64,000 bases of DNA from a virus, in the IMG/VR virus record IMGVR_UViG_3300045988_037604, one strand, 5' to 3'. Shown one piece after another: positions 36,641 through 43,917 of the stretch; positions within the stretch are counted from its first letter, which is position 1; each line of letters starts with the position of its first letter. A program made the translations under genes and the position numbers. The notes beneath the pieces are model-generated. The model was not told the DNA's origin. It saw only the letters and a list, made by a program, of their open reading frames with translations, and ran no database searches.

Positions 36641-36657
36641 CCCGCCCGTAGAAGGAC
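36641..36657 (-). repeat. GC-rich dispersed motif copy (variant, in hub)
   Basis: cccgcccgtagaaggac. Confidence 0.9.
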
Positions 36658-36749
36658 TTGATGATTGATTCTTTACTTTATCTTTATAATTATTTCTTTG
36701 ATTATCTTTATGATTATTAGTATAAGTAGTTTGTTGAGTATTAGAAATG

Positions 36750-36782
36750 AAAAAGGCTACTAGAGAATTAACTCTAGCAGCC
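36750..36782 (-). terminator. intrinsic terminator inside the hub
   Basis: On the minus strand: GGCUGCUAGAG-UUAAUU-CUCUAGUAGCC, 11 bp with one G.U that is an A.C mismatch on the plus strand, followed by UUUUU. Confidence 0.65.
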
Positions 36783-37195
36783 TTTACTTGGTAAGGTCTG
36801 AGGTTTTATGACACTTCATAAAAGTATTTTATTTAGCATTTTATTTTTATAAGACATAATAAGTCTTTTGACTATTATCAAGAAGTATCGAAATTGCTAC
36901 TCAATAATAGATTCGATGTTTATCTGATAAATCTTTATGATTAATATCTTTACGATTAACATCTTGGGTCGCTGTCCACATTAGCAAGAACTATCCACAC
37001 AACTTGTTAGTTAATTGGGAAGAACTAATGCAGTGTCAGGCTTGTAATTAAGATTACTACCACCATCATGTATTTAAACAATCATCTAAGTAGCAAGAGC
37101 TTTACAATCAGCTTCAAGAGAAGTTTCACTATTTGTTACTTCTTCATTACTATTAATGATAATAATTATATTGTCATTAATATCTCTGACCCCAC
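36783..37195 (-). ncRNA. candidate non-coding leftward transcription unit
   Basis: Bounded by a candidate -7 box (37202-37209) and the terminator at 36750-36782. The longest ATG ORF is 26 codons. Contains several local hairpins (ttatga-cact-tcataa, atcgaa...ttcgat, ttagtt...aactaa). Confidence 0.3.
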
Positions 37196-37201
37196 CATCA
37201 G

Positions 37202-37209
37202 CAAATATA
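37202..37209 (-). promoter_or_regulatory. candidate Bacteroidota-type -7 box (leftward)
   Basis: Plus strand caaatata equals TATATTTG(C) on the minus strand. Divergent from the rightward box about 95 bp away. Confidence 0.4.
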
Positions 37210-37303
37210 CATTATATTATATAAGCTACAAGCAATTTACAAATTTTAACATTTAAATTCTATTTTTATTAGCATTAGTCATTGTATTATTAATATAATT
37301 ATC

Positions 37304-37311
37304 TATATTTG
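37304..37311 (+). promoter_or_regulatory. candidate Bacteroidota-type -7 box (rightward)
   Basis: TATATTTGCAGCA, with TTG 19 nt upstream. Shares TAnnTTTGCAGCA with the box at 46694. Confidence 0.5.
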
Positions 37312-37426
37312 CAGCATGAACATGAACACCTATTATATTAGTATAATGATTGGTAGTGTTTTGAAAATATTAAATAACATAAAAGATGATAGTATTAATC
37401 TAGTTATTAATTTTAAATATTGAATT

Positions 37427-37963
37427 ATGGTAAGTTTAAAAGTAAATTATCAAGGTAAGAATTGTGTACTTAATCTTCCTACTATGTTTAATGAAGTAAA
37501 CATGGATTATCTTAAAAGTCTTGTTGCTAATGTAGAAGTTGCTCCTTATTATAGTCTTGTGGCTGTATTATTTAAAGAGCGTCCTACAGCAGTCATTAGT
37601 AGTTTGAAAGAAAATAAAGCAAGTAGTGTTCAAGGAGTTTCAGTTATGATTAAACAAGGTGCTAATAAAGATTCAGAATTTATTAATAATATAAAAGCTG
37701 GAACTTTACTTAATGTTTCAGGTAGTGATTTAGCTTTAGGTTATCATGTAGCTCCTAGATATAATACTCTTAGTGCTAAATTCTTAACTAAATTATGTAT
37801 TGAAAATCCAACACTTTATAAAACTTGTATGGAAGAAGTTAAAGAACCTACTTATTTTGTTGAATTTAAAATTATTCCTAATACTGCTATTCATGCTGCT
37901 ATTAGTAATGATAGTAAACCTGTAATAGATTATTACTTTAGAGAAGAAGTAGAAAGTAATTAA
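37427..37963 (+). CDS. hypothetical protein, first gene of rightward block
   Basis: 178-aa ORF. Confidence 0.6.
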   Translation: MVSLKVNYQGKNCVLNLPTMFNEVNMDYLKSLVANVEVAPYYSLVAVLFKERPTAVISSLKENKASSVQGVSVMIKQGANKDSEFINNIKAGTLLNVSGSDLALGYHVAPRYNTLSAKFLTKLCIENPTLYKTCMEEVKEPTYFVEFKIIPNTAIHAAISNDSKPVIDYYFREEVESN

Positions 37964-37977
37964 GACTAATTCATCAA

Positions 37978-37993
37978 CCTCTCTACGGGGAGG
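37978..37993 (+). repeat. GC-rich dispersed motif copy (intergenic hairpin)
   Basis: CCTCTC-TACG-GGGAGG, a 6-bp stem with a UACG loop. Its GGAGG lies 7 nt before the ATG at 37999. Confidence 0.9.
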
Positions 37994-37998
37994 CTATA

Positions 37999-38559
37999 AT
38001 GACTAATCAGTGCGGAGATGAAGCCGTTGGAACAACGGCTGAAGCTCCAAACGGTAATACTTATAAAATTATGATTAAACCTGATGGTACAGAAATAAGA
38101 AAGTTTCCTAATGGTTATGATGTTAGAGTTGTAAGAAAACAAGACATTCTTAATTGTATAGATGAAAATATTATTGATAAAGAAATAGCTTTAGAACTTA
38201 TAACTCAATGTGAAATAGATGCTTGTCAATATATTAATGAAGGTAAATGGACTGGTCTTCCTTACATAGGTTCTGTTAGATTAAATGATGGAGGAAAGAT
38301 TTTAAGAGAAAATAAAGAATTACTTAATGAAGCTAAAGAAAAATTAGATGATGATAAATATATATTGTTTAAGAAGTCTTTAGTTATTGAAGGTAAAACT
38401 AAACTTAAAAAGTCTAGATATTTTAATTATATTGTTAGTATTTATGCTAATCATAATCGAAAAGTTTATAAAGAACTTGTAGCTAATAATGGTGAAAACT
38501 TTGCTAAAGTTATATTATTTAGTTTTGCTAATATGGAAGTAGTTGGTGATAATATTTAA
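37999..38559 (+). CDS. hypothetical protein
   Basis: 186-aa ORF. Confidence 0.6.
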   Translation: MTNQCGDEAVGTTAEAPNGNTYKIMIKPDGTEIRKFPNGYDVRVVRKQDILNCIDENIIDKEIALELITQCEIDACQYINEGKWTGLPYIGSVRLNDGGKILRENKELLNEAKEKLDDDKYILFKKSLVIEGKTKLKKSRYFNYIVSIYANHNRKVYKELVANNGENFAKVILFSFANMEVVGDNI

Positions 38560-38569
38560 TATTAATGTT

Positions 38570-39184
38570 ATGATTAATGATAAACTAATTATAGATAAAT
38601 TAATTACCATAGATGATAATGGTATGCCTGCTGCTCCTAATATTAGACAACTATTAGATGCTGATGTTAGGAAACTATATGAAAGAGATAAAACTGCTGA
38701 TAAATCTAAATACATTAAAGATTGTATTATAATTTATTATTTAGGTGACCCTAAATCTCCTGCTAAACAAGCTGGTCTTAGTGATAGAGAAGCTCTCAAA
38801 ATGGCTTGTGAACAAGCTGGAGTTAAAGTTGAAGCTCCTGATATGTTAGTACTTAAAATAATAAAAAAGTATTATGAACAAAATATAACTGAAGCTGGAA
38901 GAGTTGTTGAGAATATTCTTAAAGGTCTTCATAATATTAATGTTGCTATTACTGCTATGAATGATATTCTTAATACTAAGTTATCTAAAAAAGAAGAAAT
39001 AGATATTGCTAGTATGGGAGAAATTCTTGCTTTAGTAGATGCTGTTAATAAAAAAGCTGGAGAACTTCCTACTATAATGAAGAAACTTGAAGAAGCTAAA
39101 CAAAATCTTCTATATGAAAAAGAAACTGAAATAGCTAGAGGTGGTAATACTGTTTCTTCTAGTATGGATGCTAGTGAATATTAA
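38570..39184 (+). CDS. hypothetical protein
   Basis: The ORF-track ORF starts at TTG 38543. The first ATG at 38570 (MINDKLIIDK...) avoids overlap with the upstream gene. Confidence 0.55.
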   Translation: MINDKLIIDKLITIDDNGMPAAPNIRQLLDADVRKLYERDKTADKSKYIKDCIIIYYLGDPKSPAKQAGLSDREALKMACEQAGVKVEAPDMLVLKIIKKYYEQNITEAGRVVENILKGLHNINVAITAMNDILNTKLSKKEEIDIASMGEILALVDAVNKKAGELPTIMKKLEEAKQNLLYEKETEIARGGNTVSSSMDASEY

Positions 39185-39193
39185 ACTTTGCTT

Positions 39194-40186
39194 ATGAATA
39201 GTATTTATAATGATAATTTCCTTTATTTCCAAGAAGAAGGTCATAAATATAATGATACTTATGGAAACGAATATACTTCTGTTACTACTATAATAGGAGA
39301 TTATGCGCCTAAGTTTGATAAAAAATATTGGCTTCATAAAAAAGCTCAAGAACTTGGAATAACTGAAAAAGAACTTGATAAACGTTGGAAAGATATTACA
39401 ACAGAAGCTTGTAATAGAGGAAGTAAAACTCATAATGGTCTTGAAGATGGAATTAAAGGTAATAGTATGTTTAAAAATGCTATTCAATATTTAACTAAAG
39501 TTGAAACTGGCAGATGTATTACTGTTGCAGATATTCCAAATCTTAAAGCTGTTCCTCTTGATATTGATGGGTTTAAAGAAGCTACTAATAATAAATATCA
39601 AAAGATATATGATGTTTTTAATTATTATATTAAAGGTGGCTATACTATTTATTCAGAAATAGGTGTCTTTTTACCTGAACTTCTAATTAGTGGAACTATT
39701 GATGTTTTGGCTATTAGACCTGATAAATTTGTAATTCTAGATTGGAAAACAAATAAAGATGGTCTTCATTTCACAAGTGGATATTATAAAAAGGATAAAA
39801 CTTCTAAACCTGTTCAACTTACAAATCAATGGGTTGATAAAGATGAAAAGATGCTTCCTCCTTTTAATACACTTCCAGAATGTAATGGTAGTCATTATAC
39901 AATACAACTTTCTACTTATGCTAGAATGGTTGAACTAATTTTAGGTATTCCTTGTGTTGGTTGTGGACTTTGTCATATAGGTACACCTTTTAAACTTAAT
40001 AAATATGGAATGCCTTATCGTGATGAAAAAGGACTTTATGAAATAGATAAAAATGGTGAAGAAACAGTTAATTGGTATCATATACAATATATTAGAAATA
40101 TGATTGATGCTATGTTTCAAGATAGACGTATTTATTTAAATAGTAAAGGACTTCTTAATAAACAAACAGAATTAAATTTTGATTAA
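39194..40186 (+). CDS. PD-(D/E)XK nuclease (RecB/Cas4-like fold)
   Basis: ~330 aa with GTIDVLAI...FVILDWKTNK (D...D/ExK). The first ATG is at 39194. Confidence 0.6.
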   Translation: MNSIYNDNFLYFQEEGHKYNDTYGNEYTSVTTIIGDYAPKFDKKYWLHKKAQELGITEKELDKRWKDITTEACNRGSKTHNGLEDGIKGNSMFKNAIQYLTKVETGRCITVADIPNLKAVPLDIDGFKEATNNKYQKIYDVFNYYIKGGYTIYSEIGVFLPELLISGTIDVLAIRPDKFVILDWKTNKDGLHFTSGYYKKDKTSKPVQLTNQWVDKDEKMLPPFNTLPECNGSHYTIQLSTYARMVELILGIPCVGCGLCHIGTPFKLNKYGMPYRDEKGLYEIDKNGEETVNWYHIQYIRNMIDAMFQDRRIYLNSKGLLNKQTELNFD

Positions 40187-40187
40187 T

Positions 40188-40793
40188 ATGGATAAACTTC
40201 TTGAAAAAATTAAGAGTGCTGATTTTAGTAAAATACTAGTAAATAAAGGTTATGCTTATTTTACTAATGGTAAATATAATCTTAATATTATTGGTATTCG
40301 TAGAGCAGGTACTAAAGTTACAAATCAATTTGATGATTATATAGTAGTTGAATATGTAGATATGTATGGTATTAAAACTAGAGATGTATTTCCAGCTACT
40401 ACTGACCCTGGACTTAGTTCTATGACTAAACCTATGTCAACTAAAGGTTGTGCTATTCTAGTTCCTGGTCAATATAGAAGTTCTTGGATGATTGGTTATC
40501 ATAAAGGTAAATATGAAGCTTTAGTTCAATGTAAACCTCTTAAAGTTTATAGAGATAACGATAAAGATAATGTTTATGATTTAAATCCTAAAACTATTGA
40601 AGAAGGAAATTTTGGAATTAATATTCATAAGGCTGGAGATGATTCTACTATAGTAAATGGTTGGTCTGCTGGTTGTCAAGTTTTAAAGCGTAAAGTAAAT
40701 TTTGATAAACTTATGAAACTTGCTCATTATCAATTTAGTCAAGGTATGGGTGCTCGTTATACTTATACATTAATCAATGAGGAGGATTTGTAA
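40188..40793 (+). CDS. putative peptidoglycan-acting enzyme (endolysin-like)
   Basis: ~200 aa with NIIGIRR, TTDPG, INIHKAG and WSAGCQV, an H...SxGC pattern reminiscent of YkuD-like or phage lysin domains. Sits immediately upstream of TM and lipoprotein ORFs. Confidence 0.4.
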   Translation: MDKLLEKIKSADFSKILVNKGYAYFTNGKYNLNIIGIRRAGTKVTNQFDDYIVVEYVDMYGIKTRDVFPATTDPGLSSMTKPMSTKGCAILVPGQYRSSWMIGYHKGKYEALVQCKPLKVYRDNDKDNVYDLNPKTIEEGNFGINIHKAGDDSTIVNGWSAGCQVLKRKVNFDKLMKLAHYQFSQGMGARYTYTLINEEDL

Positions 40794-41077
40794 TGCCATG
40801 TGATAAAATTCCTATATGTAATACTCCTATAACTTTAGATAACATAATAAATTGTCTTAAAGAAACATACAATGGTCCTGAAACTGAAACAATTTATATT
40901 CCTAATAAAGGATTAGCTACTATTCCTTTAAAAGAATATCGTAAAATAATGTTTTATGATGGTAGTTGTCTTATTTGTTCTAAAGAAATGGAAGAAAGAA
41001 TTAATAAAGAAATGATTGAAGAATTACACAAAGGTAAATATGAATTACTTTCTACTAAATTATTAAATATGAAATAG
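40793..41077 (+). CDS. hypothetical protein
   Basis: 94-aa ORF. ATG overlaps the upstream stop (TAATG). Confidence 0.5.
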   Translation: MPCDKIPICNTPITLDNIINCLKETYNGPETETIYIPNKGLATIPLKEYRKIMFYDGSCLICSKEMEERINKEMIEELHKGKYELLSTKLLNMK

Positions 41078-41078
41078 T

Positions 41079-41330
41079 ATGGGTGGACGTAATATTTTTA
41101 TAACTTTATATGGTATTCCTATAGCTATAGCTATTATAGGTTTATTGATATATAATTTTTATACTATTAAAGATAACAGTTATAAAGAAGATACAGTTAT
41201 AGAAAAAGTTAATGATAGTATTAAAGTTGAAGTTAAACAATTAGATAGTATTAAAAATGCAAAAGTTATTGAAGTTAAAACACTTGATAATGATAGTACT
41301 ATTAAGCTGTTCTACAAGCTTATCAAGTAG
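41079..41330 (+). CDS. N-terminal TM protein (holin or i-spanin-like)
   Basis: 83 aa with TM helix IFITLYGIPIAIAIIGLLIY followed by a charged periplasmic-type tail. Confidence 0.45.
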   Translation: MGGRNIFITLYGIPIAIAIIGLLIYNFYTIKDNSYKEDTVIEKVNDSIKVEVKQLDSIKNAKVIEVKTLDNDSTIKLFYKLIK

Positions 41331-41619
41331 AGGTCAAACAATATACTCTTCTACGGGGGGGTTTACAGATGATAGCGTTAAAGTTGCTATTAATGATTTA
41401 CGTAAAGCAAATATTAAACTTATACAATTAGATTATGAAAAAGATATTAATAAAAAACTTAGACGAATTATTGCAAATGATAGTGTACTTGCAGAACAAG
41501 CTAGACAAAGATATTTGGTACTGGATAGGTCATGCAAGAAAATAAAGAAACAACGTAATATTGGAGTAGGTGTTGCTATTGGCAGCATACTACTCCTTAT
41601 TGTTTCATTAATCAAGTAA
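41257..41619 (+). CDS. lipoprotein-like ORF with C-terminal TM (spanin-like), overlapping previous ORF out of frame
   Basis: 120 aa. Signal plus lipobox-like IVLLSC, a coiled middle part, and C-terminal IGVGVAIGSILLLIVSLI. Starts 74 nt inside the previous ORF. Confidence 0.4.
   Translation: MQKLLKLKHLIMIVLLSCSTSLSSRGQTIYSSTGGFTDDSVKVAINDLRKANIKLIQLDYEKDINKKLRRIIANDSVLAEQARQRYLVLDRSCKKIKKQRNIGVGVAIGSILLLIVSLIK
41346..41364 (+). repeat. GC-rich dispersed motif copy (inside ORF)
   Basis: ctcttctacgggggggttt, encoding SSTGGF. Lies 16 nt after the TAG stop of the overlapping ORF. Confidence 0.9.
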
Positions 41620-41621
41620 CT

Positions 41622-43901
41622 ATGGAAGAAGAAAAACTTCATATCGAAAAATATATAGATGAATATCCTTTTCGTCAATATATACTTGAAGATAAATCTC
41701 AATATAAAAGAGCTAAAGACCTTGGATATAATGACCCTAATGATTTATTTCTTGTAGGAGAAAGTGGAGGTTTTTTAATGGACATTGAAGTAGGAGATAA
41801 GTTTGTAAATACTCATCTCCTACATGAAATGGCTGACTTTTATAATGCTAATGGTAAATATACTTTTTATAAAGAAGATTCTATCCCTCATAGACAACTT
41901 CGTAAACGTGAAGAATATAGAAGAAGTCATGGATATGAAGCTCCATGTTTTATGAGAAATGGAGAAGTTCGTCAATTACATATTAGTGGAGATATGTATA
42001 ATTATCTAAACTATATTATAATTGAACAACTTGATGAAAAAACTATTATTCATACTGATAGAGGTTCTGTTGCTAAGAAGAAACAAGATTTTCCTAAATT
42101 TATTGATGCTCAATTTTGGACTTTTTCTATTATAGAATTTTGTGAACTTAATGGTTTACATCTTTTAATAGATAAAACTAGACGTGGAGGTTTTTCTTAT
42201 ATTATGGCTAGTCATAGTGCTAATAAGATAAATCTTCAACCAAATAAAGTTGCTATTCATGTTGCAGCAGATAGCAAATATCTTACTAAACGTGGAGGTC
42301 TTACTGATTTTACAATTAAAAATCTTTATTTTTATGAGAATAATACTTTTTTTAAAAGAGGTATATTAACTCGTTCTGATGTAAACTTTACTCTCGGTTT
42401 TAAACTTCCTAATGGAGATATTAGTCCTAAATCTTGGAATAGTGCATTATTTAGTGCTTCTGCTAATAATAATCCTGATTGTGCTATTGGTAAGGACGCT
42501 GTTAGTGTTAAGACTGAGGAGGTTTCTACAATGGAAAACTTTGATGATTATATGAATGTTACTGAACCTGCTATGCGTACTGGTAGTTATGTTACAGGTA
42601 ATCTTTTTGCTTGGGGTACTGCTACTAGTGGTAATATGCAAGTATTTGAAAGAAACTTCTATAATCCTAATAAGTTTCATTTTATGCCTTTTGAGAATGT
42701 TTGGGATAAAGATTCTCGTAATGAAGTTTGCGGATATTTTAAACCTTATTGTTGGGGTCTTCAAGGTCAGATTGGTGATATGTATGCAATGGATAAAGAT
42801 GGAAATTCTAATATAGATATAGGTCTTAGAATTGCATATAATGAACGTAAAGAAAAGAAAAATAGTAGTAAGTCTTTTGCTGATTATATTAATTATCTAG
42901 GTCAATATGCTAATATGCCTAGTGAATCATTTAGTTCTACTACTGAGAATATATTTACTTCTGAAAAACTTCTTCTTTGGGAAGAAACATTAAAGAATGA
43001 TAATACTTATCATTTTTATACTGATGGTAAATTTGTTGAGGAAGAAAATAAAGTTATTTTTAAAACTAATGAACGTATTCGTAAAGAAGGTGGTAAACTT
43101 AATGTTGATTATTATGATTGGATAGAAGGAGTTCCTCGTAAATCTCATGAACATCCTCATGGTTGTGTTCGTAAATGGTTTAATCCTATTAGGATTCCTG
43201 GTATTGGAATACCTATAGGACAATATTCTATAAGTTATGACCCAGTAGGTGTAGATAAAGAAAAGGATGCTATTACAAATAAACATTCTCATAATAGTAT
43301 AAAAGTTTGGGAAAATCCTACTCAATATAATGGATTTAAAACTAAATTAGTATGCGCTTATTATGGTCGTCCTGAAAAACTTGAAGATGCTGATTGGATA
43401 TGTTATTTGATGGCTCGTTATTATAATTGTATTGGAACTACAGGTGTTGAAGTAAACCGAGGTGAAACTGTTAGAAACTTTACTAAATGGAAAGCATTAA
43501 AGTACTTAATGAAAGACCCAGTGGAACTATGGGATAATTCAGTTAAAGCTAAAGCTTCTGCTACTTATGGAATTAATATGGGTGGTGGTGCTGGTCAAGC
43601 TGGAGTTGGTACTAAAGTTCTTGAAGGTCTTCGTTTGCTTAAAGAAATGTTATATAGTGAAGTTGGTAAAAATGCTCTTGGTCAACCTATATATGTATTT
43701 CAAACAATATATGATTATCAAACTATTCTTGAAGTTATAAAATGGAATAGTAAAGGTAATTTCGATAGAGTTTCAGAAATGATTATTCGTGCTCTTCAAT
43801 GGAGACTTAGTGACGTTCAAGCTGCTAAAGAACTTTCTCATAGAAAGAAAGCTACTGTAAATAATTATAAAGACGATATATTATCTAGAGGATGGTATTG
43901 A
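41622..43901 (+). CDS. terL: terminase large subunit
   Basis: 759 aa. Position immediately before a portal-sized gene. P-loop-like DKTRRGGFS. Size fits crAss-type TerL. Confidence 0.6.
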   Translation: MEEEKLHIEKYIDEYPFRQYILEDKSQYKRAKDLGYNDPNDLFLVGESGGFLMDIEVGDKFVNTHLLHEMADFYNANGKYTFYKEDSIPHRQLRKREEYRRSHGYEAPCFMRNGEVRQLHISGDMYNYLNYIIIEQLDEKTIIHTDRGSVAKKKQDFPKFIDAQFWTFSIIEFCELNGLHLLIDKTRRGGFSYIMASHSANKINLQPNKVAIHVAADSKYLTKRGGLTDFTIKNLYFYENNTFFKRGILTRSDVNFTLGFKLPNGDISPKSWNSALFSASANNNPDCAIGKDAVSVKTEEVSTMENFDDYMNVTEPAMRTGSYVTGNLFAWGTATSGNMQVFERNFYNPNKFHFMPFENVWDKDSRNEVCGYFKPYCWGLQGQIGDMYAMDKDGNSNIDIGLRIAYNERKEKKNSSKSFADYINYLGQYANMPSESFSSTTENIFTSEKLLLWEETLKNDNTYHFYTDGKFVEEENKVIFKTNERIRKEGGKLNVDYYDWIEGVPRKSHEHPHGCVRKWFNPIRIPGIGIPIGQYSISYDPVGVDKEKDAITNKHSHNSIKVWENPTQYNGFKTKLVCAYYGRPEKLEDADWICYLMARYYNCIGTTGVEVNRGETVRNFTKWKALKYLMKDPVELWDNSVKAKASATYGINMGGGAGQAGVGTKVLEGLRLLKEMLYSEVGKNALGQPIYVFQTIYDYQTILEVIKWNSKGNFDRVSEMIIRALQWRLSDVQAAKELSHRKKATVNNYKDDILSRGWY

Positions 43902-43917
43902 TTAAATTAATAATGTT

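Noticed and set aside
36300-36760. Coding-like N/D/K-rich reading frame on the minus strand of the hub, including SPSTGGIY across the motif copy. This could be a pseudogene or a recoded gene.
   Set aside because: The frame is broken by several TAA and TAG codons and has no ATG start. The sequence is low-complexity AT-rich DNA, where open stretches of 40-50 codons arise by chance. A decayed gene cannot be excluded without homologues.
41328-41330. Stop-codon reassignment (TAG or TGA recoding), as known in some crAss-like lineages.
   Set aside because: All large conserved genes (PolB, helicase, TerL, portal, MCP) are uninterrupted under the standard code. The only tRNA has a normal UUG anticodon. 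Reading through this TAG gives only 13 more codons before a TGA.
41079-41619. Programmed frameshift or sequencing frameshift joining ORFs 41079..41330 and 41257..41619.
   Set aside because: The second ORF has its own ATG, signal peptide and lipobox-like Cys. An out-of-frame overlapping pair is an established spanin arrangement. There is no slippery heptamer at the junction.
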